From the NCBI GenBank assembly GCA_964385185.1, contig CAYLOA010000003.1, positions 1 through 64,000 on the forward strand: a DNA stretch of 64,000 bases. Direction: 5' to 3'. The notes below the pieces were generated by a model. The model did no database searches and was not told the origin of the DNA. It saw only the letters and a program-made list of their open reading frames with translations. This DNA comes from an uncultured Methanosarcinales archaeon. GTDB lineage: Archaea; Nanobdellota; Nanobdellia; Woesearchaeales; CALCXY01. The translations under genes were made by a program, and so were the position numbers. This document shows, one piece after another, positions 19,674-31,223 of the stretch (positions within the stretch are counted from its first letter, which is position 1; each line of letters begins with the position of its first letter).

Positions 19674-20760
19674 TTTCGTTTTCTATTTTTTTCCAATACA
19701 ATGAAGATGTTGTTTTTCCCGTGAGGTAATCAACCCATGCCAAGGTAACTCCTAAGAGTTGGATAAGCATGTAAGGGGATTTAATTTTGAGTCCAATAGT
19801 TGTCAGGACAATAATAGTTAGGGCTATACTTAAAGGTAGTATGAGAAAAAAGTATAGTAGAATGTATAGTGCGAATAATGGGAATAGAAATGCTACAAAC
19901 CTTCTTGTGGGGAGGATTAATGTTCCGTATTCTTTGTATTTAGGATTCCACAACATATCTGTGGATTTAAAGACTCTATAGAGAGAAAATCCAATTCTTC
20001 TTCTTATTTGGTTGAGTTCTTCTCTTACGTTTTTTGGAGGTTGTTCAAATACAATCGTTTCTTTGTCAACGATAGATCTGAGTCCTTTTTTTCTGAGAGC
20101 TATCGTGAGGTCAAAATCATCAGCTAGGGAATCTTTTGGAAATTTAGGGAAGTGTTTTCTATCATACATCATAAATTTTCCATCTAATGTGCATAAGGTG
20201 TCTAAAATCCCTTCTTCATACCTTGTTTTCCAATCTTTTTTTTGGTAACTGTTTTTTGATTTCCAATACCATTGATTTCCTTTTTTTAATTTGGTGTAGG
20301 CACAAACAGCTGCTATTTTTCCATGGAGTAATGATGCACAGCTTTTTAGGCCGTTTGATGTTACTCTGCTGTCGGCATCTGTAATTACTATTATGTCATG
20401 TTTAGCATGCTCTAAACCTTTGTTAATAGCATTTCTTTTTCCTTGTTCACTTTTGAGAAGAGTTATTCCTAATGACTTTACTATTTTTGCAGTGTTGTCT
20501 GTGCAACCATTTTCTACAACTATAATTTGTATTTTATCTTTAGGATAATCTAAGTTTTGTGTGTTTTCTATTTTTGCCTTTATATTTTCTTCTTCGTTAT
20601 GTGCAGGTATGATTATTGAAATAGAAGGGGTATGTTCTTTTCTAATTAAAGAGTTTTTTTTATTTAAGAATTTTAAGAGAGGAAGATACGCAATCATGGT
20701 AAAAGCAATTATACATAAGATTAGTAGAAATACTACCTGTAATATTGTTGCAATAATCAT
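19666..20760 (-). CDS. Membrane-bound GT2 glycosyltransferase (CesA/IcaA-like)
   Basis: IIIPAHNEE, TDAD, ADDF, QIRRR; flanking TM helices. Confidence 0.88.
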   Translation of the reverse strand: MIIATILQVVFLLILCIIAFTMIAYLPLLKFLNKKNSLIRKEHTPSISIIIPAHNEEENIKAKIENTQNLDYPKDKIQIIVVENGCTDNTAKIVKSLGITLLKSEQGKRNAINKGLEHAKHDIIVITDADSRVTSNGLKSCASLLHGKIAAVCAYTKLKKGNQWYWKSKNSYQKKDWKTRYEEGILDTLCTLDGKFMMYDRKHFPKFPKDSLADDFDLTIALRKKGLRSIVDKETIVFEQPPKNVREELNQIRRRIGFSLYRVFKSTDMLWNPKYKEYGTLILPTRRFVAFLFPLFALYILLYFFLILPLSIALTIIVLTTIGLKIKSPYMLIQLLGVTLAWVDYLTGKTTSSLYWKKIENETT

Positions 20761-20775
20761 TTGTAGATTTTAAAA

Positions 20776-21048
20776 TTATTCTTCAGGGTATACTTTTTTC
20801 CCTGTATCTAATTCATATATTTCAATCACATTTGCTGGGCAGATTTCTGCTGCAGCAAGATGTTTAGGAAAATCTTTCTCTTCAATGATTAGTTCTTCTC
20901 TTTCATCTGTCTTTTTAGCTTCAGGAGATTTTAGCGTTGCAATTTGTTTTTCAATTAAATATTCCCAGTGTTCAGGAGCAACGTTTTCACAAGCTACTGC
21001 ACCAATACAGTCCTTTTTGATGTATACTATTTTGTATTTTTTTGTCAT
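20776..21048 (-). CDS. Monocluster ferredoxin
   Basis: CIGAVAC...AAEICPANVI; the second cluster Cys is replaced by Ala (3Fe-4S type pattern). Confidence 0.85.
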   Translation of the reverse strand: MTKKYKIVYIKKDCIGAVACENVAPEHWEYLIEKQIATLKSPEAKKTDEREELIIEEKDFPKHLAAAEICPANVIEIYELDTGKKVYPEE

Positions 21049-21071
21049 TTTAGGTCTAAATTGGCCATGGT

Positions 21072-23120
21072 TTATATGGTTTTTGTATGGCACTGTATAT
21101 TTAGTGGAAGGTTAGGATGGTATGTAGGCGATAGTTGTGGATGGAAGGCATATCTATGTGTTCCTACTTTTGCTTTGAAGGTAAATAAGACTCCTTTTTC
21201 TTGTTTGATTTTGCAATTGGTCTCTTGTGAGGTTGTTATTGTTTCATATTGGAAGTGTAATTTTTGATTTGATGCTCTACCAATGTTGTATGGAATATAT
21301 CTTAGGTCAAATGTTTCTTCTAGGTCTTTCTGAGTTAGTGTGTTGTAGGGATTATTTTTGAGTGTGAAGTCTTTTCTTTTCATAAATTGGAAACCTTCTA
21401 CTTGGAATGAGGGTTCATAATGTTCTAATATGGTAGATGCCATCCAGAAATATCTTACGGGATGTCTTATGCCATCTGCATTGTTAATTTCATTATCTGT
21501 TTTCCAAACGACTAAGTCTGGAGACCATGCTAGGAAGTTTTCTATTTCTTTCATTGCTAGAGATTCATCTCCTAATTCGTAGAGTAAGGCGTGATGGAGA
21601 GGATATTCTAAGTTAAGGACTACATTATATAGTGATTCATCAGAGAAAAAGAATATCGATTCGGCTTCTGTTACTGTTATGACATTTCTTAACGTTTCAA
21701 GTTGTTGAAAGTCTGTTTGAGGTATGTTTGCATTCACGCCAGTGCTTGAGTCAAATACTAATGGTTCATGGTATGCCCTTACCGGTGTGATGATGTTGGG
21801 AAGGAATAATATAAGGATGAGTATGATTGTTAGGCATACATTGGTGAAGTTATTCTTCTTTGGTGTGAGAAATTTTTGAATATTTTTGAAAGGTGGAAGT
21901 GATGAACATAGCCAGGCAAATGCTACAATGGGAAAAAATCCTAAAGGAACATTATAGTGGTTTACATCTGAACGTACGAGCATTATTTTCATGACTACTA
22001 TTGATAGTAGTGTGAGTAGGGTAAGAGCAATGGTTTTGTTGTCTCTTTGTTTGAAGATGGAGATCAGGAGATATCCAAATAAGAAGAGTAAGGATAACCA
22101 CATGATACCGAAGATGAGGTAATGTTGCTTGGGAAGGTAGGTAAATGCTTGTTGTGTTCCATATAACATCGGATAGCCAAACGTTTTTTCTAGGTTTGAC
22201 ATTTGGATGAGGTTGAATTTGATAAATGCAGGGATTTTATTATTTAAGAAGAGGAGCATAGGGATAAATCCTGCAATGAGGTAGGTGAGATTTGGTGTGA
22301 GGTTGTCTTTGTTTTGCCAGATGCTTAAGAGGAAGTAGATTCCAAATAATGCTGTTCCCATGATGGCAAAATCTGATGATAAAAAGAACTGGAGTGATAG
22401 GAAGAAAGCTGATAGGAATAATAGTGGTTTTTTATCGTATATGAGATGGAGGAAGAGGAAGATTAATGCTATTAGTAAGGGGAGTGGTCTTCCGTCATAG
22501 ATAATGTTTACTCCTAGTTTGTATGCTAATAAGAAGAATAATGTGGGTATAATTGAATAGTGTCCTTTGAATAATCTGAAGATTAAGAGTAGGAGTAAAT
22601 AGGTTGCTATTATTGTTAAGGGATTTACTATGTTTATTATTTGTTCAAATGTTGCTAGAGAGTTATCTGCCCCTAATGCAAAAGCAATTTTGAGGTAGAG
22701 GACATTTCTAAAAGGGACATGTTCTGTGTATAATGTGTCAAAGCCTTTCTCTGCATGGACAATAGCTGCTCCATGGTGGAAATAGTCTGGAATGATGAAA
22801 TCTCTTGTGGGATAAGTTGCAAATATGAATATTGAGGGGATGATGATTAAAGCTATGATTAACCAAGGTGCGGTTTTTTTTAGCTTGGTTAATTTTGTTA
22901 GTGGTAGATTTGTTTTATTCTTGATTATTAAGGCGATTAATGCTAATAGGAGGAATGACACGAAATAATATAACGATTCTGTCTTTTCTTTAAGATCAAA
23001 GAAGATTGCATTACCTAGGCTTGGATAGGGGTTTGGTTCTAATAGTGGGAATATAGGGATGAGGAGTAGGTAGAGTGCAAAGAATATGATTGTTATGATT
23101 GCAAAATGCTTTGTATTCAT
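21072..23120 (-). CDS. Large polytopic membrane protein, possible GT-C glycosyltransferase
   Basis: About 13 TM segments, DYFHHG loop, RSDVNH, soluble C-terminal domain; glycan-cluster context. Confidence 0.6.
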   Translation of the reverse strand: MNTKHFAIITIIFFALYLLLIPIFPLLEPNPYPSLGNAIFFDLKEKTESLYYFVSFLLLALIALIIKNKTNLPLTKLTKLKKTAPWLIIALIIIPSIFIFATYPTRDFIIPDYFHHGAAIVHAEKGFDTLYTEHVPFRNVLYLKIAFALGADNSLATFEQIINIVNPLTIIATYLLLLLIFRLFKGHYSIIPTLFFLLAYKLGVNIIYDGRPLPLLIALIFLFLHLIYDKKPLLFLSAFFLSLQFFLSSDFAIMGTALFGIYFLLSIWQNKDNLTPNLTYLIAGFIPMLLFLNNKIPAFIKFNLIQMSNLEKTFGYPMLYGTQQAFTYLPKQHYLIFGIMWLSLLFLFGYLLISIFKQRDNKTIALTLLTLLSIVVMKIMLVRSDVNHYNVPLGFFPIVAFAWLCSSLPPFKNIQKFLTPKKNNFTNVCLTIILILILFLPNIITPVRAYHEPLVFDSSTGVNANIPQTDFQQLETLRNVITVTEAESIFFFSDESLYNVVLNLEYPLHHALLYELGDESLAMKEIENFLAWSPDLVVWKTDNEINNADGIRHPVRYFWMASTILEHYEPSFQVEGFQFMKRKDFTLKNNPYNTLTQKDLEETFDLRYIPYNIGRASNQKLHFQYETITTSQETNCKIKQEKGVLFTFKAKVGTHRYAFHPQLSPTYHPNLPLNIQCHTKTI

Positions 23121-23236
23121 AGAATTTGGGAAGTTGAGGTGGTCTTTAAATGTTTTGTATTCGTCAATTATGATGATTATGACATAGAGATTTCTCTTTA
23201 ACAAGCTTTAAATACCTACTTTATGTCTCTATTTTT

Positions 23237-24232
23237 ATGACAGATAAGAAAGTAGCACTGATCACCGGAATAACAGGACAAGATGGTAGTTACCTTGCTG
23301 AATTTTTATTAGAGAAAGGATATACTGTATTTGGTATGGTGCGAAGAAGTTCTACAGAAAGTTTTGAAAGAATTAATCATATTAAAGATCAAGTTACTTT
23401 GTTAGAAGCAGATTTATTGGATCAGAATAGTATTATTGATGTGTTAAAGGAAAGTAATCCAGATGAAATTTATAATTTGGCTGCACAATCTTTTGTTCCT
23501 ACAAGCTGGAAACAACCTGTTTTGACAGGAGAGTTTACTGGACTTGGTGTTACAAGAATGCTTGAAGCAATTCGAGCTGTTAATCCTAAGATTAAGTTTT
23601 ATCAAGCTTCCAGTTCAGAAATGTATGGAAAGGTTAGAGAGACACCTCAATCTGAGACTACTCCTTTCTATCCAAGAAGTCCTTATGGTGTTGCTAAAGC
23701 ATATGGTCATCATATTACTGTTAATTATCGAGAGAGTTACGATTTATTTGCTTGTTCAGGAATATTATTTAATCATGAAAGTCCTCGAAGAGGAAAAGAA
23801 TTTGTTACACGAAAGATTACCTATGCTGTTGCTCGAATTAAGCAAGGATTACAAAAAGAATTACTTTTGGGTAATCTTGATGCTAAAAGAGATTGGGGTT
23901 TTGCAAAAGATTATGTTGAGATGATGTGGCTTATGTTACAGCAAGACAAACCTGATGATTATGTTATTGGATCTGGTGAAACACATTCTGTTCAAGAATT
24001 TGTTGAAGCTGCTTTTTCCTCTGTTGATTTAAATTATAAAGATTACGTTAAACAAGATGAAAGATTTATGAGACCAGCAGAAGTTGATCTTCTTATGGGA
24101 GATACAACAAAAGCTCAGAAACTTTTGAAGTGGGAAACTAAAACGAGTTTTAAGGATTTAGTGAAAATTATGGTTGAAGCTGATATGAAATTAGTTGAAC
24201 ATGAGATTCATGCAGCAAAAGGTAAGGTTTAA
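23237..24232 (+). CDS. gmd: GDP-mannose 4,6-dehydratase
   Basis: [55 protein letters not shown]. Confidence 0.97.
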   Translation: MTDKKVALITGITGQDGSYLAEFLLEKGYTVFGMVRRSSTESFERINHIKDQVTLLEADLLDQNSIIDVLKESNPDEIYNLAAQSFVPTSWKQPVLTGEFTGLGVTRMLEAIRAVNPKIKFYQASSSEMYGKVRETPQSETTPFYPRSPYGVAKAYGHHITVNYRESYDLFACSGILFNHESPRRGKEFVTRKITYAVARIKQGLQKELLLGNLDAKRDWGFAKDYVEMMWLMLQQDKPDDYVIGSGETHSVQEFVEAAFSSVDLNYKDYVKQDERFMRPAEVDLLMGDTTKAQKLLKWETKTSFKDLVKIMVEADMKLVEHEIHAAKGKV

Positions 24233-24257
24233 TAACGATTGATAACCTTTGATTCTA

Positions 24258-25142
24258 ATGAAAGCGTTTATAACAGGTGTGGGTGGATTTGTTGGCAGTT
24301 ATTTGGCTAGGGAGTTATTGAAGCAAGGTCACACTGTTTCTGGTTGTGATAGAATAGAGAAAGAGATTCCTAATGTGACTTCGTATTCAGTTGATATTCT
24401 TGATACTAAAGCTTTAGCTGATGTGTTTGCTAAGGAGAAACCAGATTGGGTGTTTCATTTAGCAGGACAGAGTAGTGTTCAGGTGAGTTTTAAAGAGCCT
24501 AAGTTGACTCAGGATATTAATGTTACAGGTACTAAGAATTTGCTTTCTGTTGCGGGTGAAGCTCGTGTCTTGATTGTAAGTAGTGCTGAAGTGTATGGAA
24601 CACCGAAGGGATTACCAGTTACTGAAGAGAGTGCAATGGCTCCTGGAAGTCCATATGCTGAATCAAGAGTTGAGCAAGAAAAAATTGCTTTAGCTTCTGG
24701 TAAAGATGTTGTTATCGTTCGAAGTTTCAATCATTCAGGCCCTGGACAACCAGGAAAGTTTGTTTTGCCTTATTTGGCTAAACAATTGGCGGAAGTGAAG
24801 GCCTTTAAACGTGATACTATTTTATTGGGGAATCCTCATGTGCAAAGAGACTTTTCAGATGTAAGAGATATTGTAAAAGCCTATGTTTTGGCTCTTGAGA
24901 AAGGTGAGAGTAAGGAAGTGTATAATCTTTGTTCTGGAAGAGCCTATCATTTGGGTAAATTAGCTGTAAAAGTTGCAAAGGAAATTGGTCGTGATATTCA
25001 GGTGTTAAAGGATCCTGAATGGGATAGACCTCATGATATTTTAGAATTATATGGAAGTTACAAGAAGTTTAACACAGTTACTGGATGGAAACCTGAGATA
25101 GATATTGTTAAGACTTTGTTGGATATGGTTGATAGTTGTTAA
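24258..25142 (+). CDS. rmd: GDP-4-keto-6-deoxy-D-mannose reductase-like SDR
   Basis: TGVGGFVG, HLAGQSSV, RSFNHSGPGQ, RDFSDVRDIV; directly downstream of gmd. Confidence 0.75.
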   Translation: MKAFITGVGGFVGSYLARELLKQGHTVSGCDRIEKEIPNVTSYSVDILDTKALADVFAKEKPDWVFHLAGQSSVQVSFKEPKLTQDINVTGTKNLLSVAGEARVLIVSSAEVYGTPKGLPVTEESAMAPGSPYAESRVEQEKIALASGKDVVIVRSFNHSGPGQPGKFVLPYLAKQLAEVKAFKRDTILLGNPHVQRDFSDVRDIVKAYVLALEKGESKEVYNLCSGRAYHLGKLAVKVAKEIGRDIQVLKDPEWDRPHDILELYGSYKKFNTVTGWKPEIDIVKTLLDMVDSC

Positions 25143-28129
25143 TTCTCATTAATAGGAAAAATTAATCCAGATACATTTCCTTCTAGTGGAAATCCTGCAC
25201 GATTATTTCTAAAAGCTTCTACATAAATATAGTCATTTTTCCCATCTTCTTGGGAATTATTATAGAATCGATCTAATGCTTTTCTTCCATGAGCTTTTGA
25301 TAGATACATGCTAGTTAATTGTTTGTCATATTTTTTTTCAAGGAATCTATTTACCATTTTTGCTGTTTCTTCCATCACACTTACATTATAAATTATTCCT
25401 TTTGCATTTAGATTTTGTGCAATTTTTATGTGTCCTTCATGTACCATAGGCACCCATACTGAAGGTTTAATTCTTCCTAGTGCAAAACCTCCACACACTT
25501 CATCAACTAATAAATATTTATTTCCATCACTGTCTCTACTGTCTACCATAATTGAAACCCCTATTGGATCCAATTGGTTTCCCAGATACTTAGGATTTAA
25601 ATGGGCTAGACCAATATCATCATCTAATAAATATGTTAAAGATTGCTCCTTAAATTCTCCTGAGGGGTAGAATGTGCATAATCCTAGGGATCTATTATCC
25701 AATACATCTGTGAGCATACCTTTTTACATATCAAAACTTAGTGAATCAAAATCGAGTCTTTGATGTATACTTCCTTCAATAGCTCCTAGTATATCACTTA
25801 CTTCTTCTCTTCTCCCATACAATTTTCTAAGGCTATCTATTGCTGGTTGTACTGCTTCTTCATTACCCTCTTTTAATTTCGGTATAAATTTTTCAACTGC
25901 ATCAAATACTTGATTAGATGGTACCAATTTCTTTATGGCAGCTATTTTTTCAGATTCAAAATATTCTTCCCCTAATGAAATATTTTCTGGGATTCTAGAA
26001 ACAAGACCATATATAAGATATAGAGTTAAATTTGTTGGACTTGTTGGAGCTTTGATTCCACTCAAGACTCTCCGACCATATGTTTTCCCTAACACATATG
26101 GTTTTCTGGATACAAATCTTTTTTCTTGATCTGCAATTAATGTTTTAACTTTAGATCCGTACAAATAATGGTCACTTTTATTTATTGCAATTAAGGCCAA
26201 GTGTTCTTCTAAAGTAAGATGCCCAGTATCAATATCAGATTTTTCATTTGCTATTTCTACCAATTTCTCTTTAATTTTATCCATATGCGTTTCTTCAATA
26301 TCGGCAGCAGGACAATCTGTTAAATCTTTGATAATTGCATATCTTTGTAATACTTGTCTTTTTTTGGTATAATCTGCATTCGAGTTTACCACTCCTGAAA
26401 TTCTTTGAAGAGTTTGTGGACCATCCTGAAAATATTCAAAATCCACTAAGTCAAAATATAAAGCCATTGCATTCTTGAATTCAAATCCATTTTCTAAGAG
26501 CTGAAAAAATGCACCAATTCCTTCTCTATATTTTTTTAGCTGTTTTCTAAACGCTTGAAATGCAAAGTTTGCATATTCATCTACACTTTCCCCTTTCTCA
26601 TGTACAGCTGGGAAAAATTGAATACTTTTCATTAATTCACCATAGGCATATTTACGTTTAGTATCGCTCATTTGTCCTTCAATCCAAGCATTTTTCTCAA
26701 TTTCTAATGTATTCTGATCATAGTCAATACCCGATTTTTTCTCTCGTGCTATAATTCTACGATAATGATCAGAAAAGGGCCATTCATGAGTTTTACTTTT
26801 TCTAAGTTCTTCTATTAATTCAGCATGTTTAATTCTTAGTCTTTCTAGTGTTTCTTGAAATTCTGGTAGAAAGTCATGATTTGTAGCATAGGGTAGAAAT
26901 TGAAATGCTTCGATAGGAATTAAAGTTCGAGTTCTCATTCATTCTCGAGCAATTTTATACCAATTTTCAAATTCTTCTTGACTGTAGTTAATTAAATTAG
27001 CTACAAATGGAGTACGAAGTATGCCTGAGAAATATTGTATTGCATCATCTTGAAATTCTTCTGCCAGTGCTATACCATATTCTATATATTTATCAGCAGT
27101 TTCATTTTCAAATACTGATAGTGCACGAATATTGCTCAGAAATGTATTTCCACATGCTCTATTTCGTTTACCAATTTGTATTGCGGCATCCACAATACTT
27201 TCATGATGGTTTGGAAATTGAGAAAGAACAGTTAGACCCGATCCAAAATATTCTACAGGATTTAATCCACATTTTCCAATTAATGTACATCCTTGTAATA
27301 AGGTCTCTTGGTCTTCAGTTCTACTTGGATCCATTTCAATAACTGAATCAAATAATCTATTCACTTCAAATTGACTATCAGGAGGGGCTTTTTTTATTAC
27401 TTTTAGAGTATATTCATACATATTTTCATTTTTACTTATTTTTTCAAGCCTATTTAGCGGATACCAACTATCCAAAGACCCTTGTGATTCAGGGTGTGCT
27501 TTTTCTAGATAGGTGAATAACATGAGGATATCATTTTTTCTTTTACTCATTTTTTGATCATTCAACGTGGTCAGAAATTCATCGTAATTGGCTATGAGTT
27601 CAGCTACTGCTCCTGTAGGAGCACTTCTCAATAGTGGTCCCAGGATTTTCCAATCATCCGTATTTTTTAGTCTAAATACATTATCAAGGAAATCATTTAT
27701 TATTGTTTTTGCCTGATGTTTTGAATGGGAAACTTCTCTAATTGCAGGAAGAGAATGTGCAATTGCTTGTATTTCTTCTATACATAAATCTTCTAGATAG
27801 GGAAGATGTTCATAAAATGTTTCGTAGGGTACTTGAAATGTATTATTATGAAATAAATAAGGAATTGTTCAAATTACTCTATCTGTAAAAGTATCAAATT
27901 CTAAAGGTGATGAAAAATCATTTTTTATGGGCTCCACAACTTTCTTTACTAGATCTTTTGGTATGAATATTCCACTTTCATGTTTTTCTCTTTTTTCCCT
28001 TCGAAATTGTTGTGCTCTTCTATGAAAATATCCCTTTTTTTCAAAAAAATTTCTTCTATCTAATTGTCTCTTTACATTCTTAAATAGTGATTTAAATTCA
28101 GCTAATGTGTCTATACTAGAGCCTTGCAT
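25139..28129 (-). pseudogene. About 996-codon hypothetical gene in a single frame with three internal stops (TGA 27871-69, TGA 26941-39, TAA 25726-24)
   Basis: ORFs 28138-27869, 27631-26939, 26938-25724 and 25717-25139 share one frame; 27868-27632 is stop-free (TIPYLFHNNTFQVPYETFYEH...KILGPL); TTTATAAA about 25 nt before ATG28129. Confidence 0.7.
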
Positions 28130-28349
28130 ATTTGTCACTAATCAGGGGGTATTTATAAAGGTAAGCTTGATTTAGGAAGTAAAATACCAACTTATAAATA
28201 CAACATATTACCTCCTAATTCTTATGAACTATGCAAGAGTTGAATGTATTCCTTGTGAACGATTATTCTAGAAGTTTCTCTCGCCCCAGATTGGTTCATG
28301 AAATAGAAGATTAATTACAACACAAGAAAAGGGGTTATGAGGTTATAAA

Positions 28350-29060
28350 ATGAAACAAGTTATTAAGATTGGAAGTAGTTGTTTATTTGATAGTGAGAAC
28401 AAGATTAATTATGATGTATTAAAGGCAAGAGTAGAAGAAATTAAGGCATCAGATGATGAAACTATTTTAGTTGTATCTGGAGCTATTGCTTTAGAGAAAT
28501 GGTATCAGAAGGATCATCGTAAAAATGATGATATTGATGACAATGAGTTACGATCTCTTGCAGCACAAGGGCAATCCTATCTAACCGTTCTTTATAGCGA
28601 ATTATTTGGAGAACATTTAGCTCAAATGTTGTTGACAAACGCGGATTTAGAAAAAGGACAAGAAATTCGTGATCAACTAGAGTATCAGATGATTAGTGGG
28701 AAACAAACTTTCATTAATCATAATGATGCTTCAAATTTTTCTGAGGGTAGGTTGGATAATGATGTTCCCTCTGCTCAGATTGCCGACTATATTAGTGCAG
28801 ATCGTTTGATTATGCTAGGAACTAATAATGGATTTAGAGATCTTAATGGTACTTTGCAGAGACATATATCTGCTATTACTGCTGAACATTATGCTTGGTG
28901 TAAGGAAAGTGGGGAAAATGGGACTGGAGGGTTTAGACCCAAGCTAGTAGCTGCTGAATTGCTTATGCCTAGAGAGATTAAAGTATATGTAGGCCATGTG
29001 TCTGACAGTATTGCAGATATAGTTATAGGGAATGTAGATAGAACTTATTTCGGCAAGTAA
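28350..29060 (+). CDS. Divergent glutamate 5-kinase-like amino acid kinase (no PUA domain)
   Basis: VIKIGSS, VVSGAIA, AAQGQ, NHND, LDND, GTGGF..KLVAA. Confidence 0.75.
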   Translation: MKQVIKIGSSCLFDSENKINYDVLKARVEEIKASDDETILVVSGAIALEKWYQKDHRKNDDIDDNELRSLAAQGQSYLTVLYSELFGEHLAQMLLTNADLEKGQEIRDQLEYQMISGKQTFINHNDASNFSEGRLDNDVPSAQIADYISADRLIMLGTNNGFRDLNGTLQRHISAITAEHYAWCKESGENGTGGFRPKLVAAELLMPREIKVYVGHVSDSIADIVIGNVDRTYFGK

Positions 29061-30172
29061 TTTATTTTTTTATTTTTTTCAAAATAATTATCAACATTTT
29101 TTTTCCAGTGGAATTTCTTTAAGGGTTTGGTGTTGTATTTTTTATTTGATACTGAGATTATTGCTTTAGCTATACTTTCAGGGTTTCTCGGTTCTGTTAA
29201 GATGAATTTGTTAGAAACAACTTCTGGAAGTGATGTTGTGTTGGATGCAACAACAGGTGTTCCTAAAGCTGAAGCTTCTGCTGCTGTAAATCCAAACCCT
29301 TCTGAAACAGATGGAACTATCATGGCATCTGCTGCTGATACTAATTCAGGAATTTTATCATATGGAACAGGATCTAATAAGGTGATATTCTTTATTTGTA
29401 GTTCTTTGATCATTTCTTTAATATGTTCATACCTCTCTTGATATTCTTCATCTTTGCTCATCATTAGGACAAACTGAGCATCAGGCAGTTCTTTTTCAAC
29501 TAAGGCTGCCGCTTTGACTGCATATTCAATTCCCTTGGATACTCCTGGACGTCCTGAGCAGAAATAGGTGAATGTATTCCAACCTAATTTCTTTTTCAAG
29601 GATTCTTTGTTGTATTTTTTAGGATCCCACAATTCATAATCTAATCCGTTATAGACAGTTGTTACTTTACTTTCTTTGATGTTTCTTTCAAGAAGCATTT
29701 TTTTTGTAGAATTAGAAACTGTTGCATAGTGCGTGTAGTTAGGAATGTAAATTAATCTTTCAAGTATGTCATGGATGAATCCTGAGATGGGTCCTAGTTC
29801 TGTTAACTCTCTCCAACGATTTATCCACACTTCGTGGACGGTTAAGAGAACAGGTTTCTTGGTAATTAATGATGCAATCCAGGCAGGAGGTGCTCCATTA
29901 AAAGTGGTTGCGTGAATGATGTCTGCTTTCTTTGCTAGTTTGATTGCTTTGGGTATTGCTGCAAAAGAAAAGAGATATCTTGAATTGAGGCATCCTACCC
30001 TGATTATCTTAGCACCTTCAATCGTTTCTGTTTTTGGTGTGTTAGGTAATCTATGAGTAAGGACAGTAACATCATGTCCTTCTTTCACTAATCCATGGAT
30101 TAAGTTTTTGAAGACAATTTCCACTCCACCAATGTGGGGTAGATAGTTTTCCAGAACAAACAGTATTTTCAT
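29045..30172 (-). CDS. GT4 glycosyltransferase
   Basis: YLPHIGGVE, GRPGVSKG, PSVSEGFGFTAAEA. Confidence 0.92.
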   Translation of the reverse strand: MKILFVLENYLPHIGGVEIVFKNLIHGLVKEGHDVTVLTHRLPNTPKTETIEGAKIIRVGCLNSRYLFSFAAIPKAIKLAKKADIIHATTFNGAPPAWIASLITKKPVLLTVHEVWINRWRELTELGPISGFIHDILERLIYIPNYTHYATVSNSTKKMLLERNIKESKVTTVYNGLDYELWDPKKYNKESLKKKLGWNTFTYFCSGRPGVSKGIEYAVKAAALVEKELPDAQFVLMMSKDEEYQERYEHIKEMIKELQIKNITLLDPVPYDKIPELVSAADAMIVPSVSEGFGFTAAEASALGTPVVASNTTSLPEVVSNKFILTEPRNPESIAKAIISVSNKKYNTKPLKKFHWKKNVDNYFEKNKKINYLPK

Positions 30173-30179
30173 TAGAATC

Positions 30180-30524
30180 TCACTTGTTTTTTGGCTCTTG
30201 AGCTCTTTCATGAGCTACTTCCCTTACAATATCATCTATTCTCTTTTGATTCATTCTTACAATAGTGTATGAGTAGACTACAGCTGCAATTAAGAACATG
30301 AATCCCAGTATTACAAACAAGTCTAAGGTTCTTGCCAGTCTTAAGGAGGACACAATAGGATCAAGCATTTGAGGATATAGGGTGACTGCTAAGAATGCAA
30401 CCCATAATAAGATCCAAAAACTTGTTTCTTTTGCTGTAAATTGATTTTTTTTGAAATGTAAATATGTGTAATAGATCATAAATGCTGAAAATAAGATTCC
30501 TATAATCTGTATTCCTAAGACCAT
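30180..30524 (-). CDS. DUF2304-family small membrane protein
   Basis: 3 TM segments, FW..LW, R.LD, C-terminal IDDIVREVA; follows a GT2 gene as is typical for the family. Confidence 0.8.
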   Translation of the reverse strand: MVLGIQIIGILFSAFMIYYTYLHFKKNQFTAKETSFWILLWVAFLAVTLYPQMLDPIVSSLRLARTLDLFVILGFMFLIAAVVYSYTIVRMNQKRIDDIVREVAHERAQEPKNK

Positions 30525-31168
30525 TTTTTCACCTTCCAAGCAATCATGTTTCCTACGATTTTGATACCATCCAATACGGTTGTTCCTTTGTATTTATCTG
30601 AATAAATTGTTTTGATAGGAATTTGTGTATAGGTGAGTTTTGCATTACCTGCATTGGCAATCATTTCACCTTCAACAAAATAACCTGAAGCGTTCCATTT
30701 AATTTTTTGATACGCTTCTTGTGTGAATGCTCTAAATCCACACGTGCTGTCTTTAATAGGGAGACTGTATAAATACTTTGTGGAACGATTAATTACTGTA
30801 TTTCCAAATCGTAAGATAAAGGGCATGGATTTGTTGATTTGTCTGTATCCAAATACCATATCATGGCCTTCTTCTAATGCTTTAATGAATTCTGGAATAT
30901 GTTCAGGAGAGTGTTGCATATCTGCATCGATTAGGATAAATGCATCTGCATCTGAGTATTCAATCCCTGTTTTTAGGGCAGCACCTTTTCCTAAGTTTAT
31001 AATATGGTGAAGGACTGTAATGTTTTGAGCTTTAGCTGCTTCTACTGTATTGTCTTTAGATCCATCATCTACCACAATGATGTTTTTTAGGTATTTTTTA
31101 ACTCCCGCTATGACTTTAACGATATTTTCTTCTTCGTTATATGCTGGAATAATAGCTACTATTTTCAT
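30515..31168 (-). CDS. GT2 glycosyltransferase (DPM-like)
   Basis: IIPAYNEE, VDDGSKD, NLGKGAA, DADMQH, DSTCGFR. Confidence 0.92.
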   Translation of the reverse strand: MKIVAIIPAYNEEENIVKVIAGVKKYLKNIIVVDDGSKDNTVEAAKAQNITVLHHIINLGKGAALKTGIEYSDADAFILIDADMQHSPEHIPEFIKALEEGHDMVFGYRQINKSMPFILRFGNTVINRSTKYLYSLPIKDSTCGFRAFTQEAYQKIKWNASGYFVEGEMIANAGNAKLTYTQIPIKTIYSDKYKGTTVLDGIKIVGNMIAWKVKKWS

Positions 31169-31223
31169 AAGATTAAGGGGGAGAAAACGGTTTTTAAAGC
31201 TTATGATATAAGGAATCTAGAAA

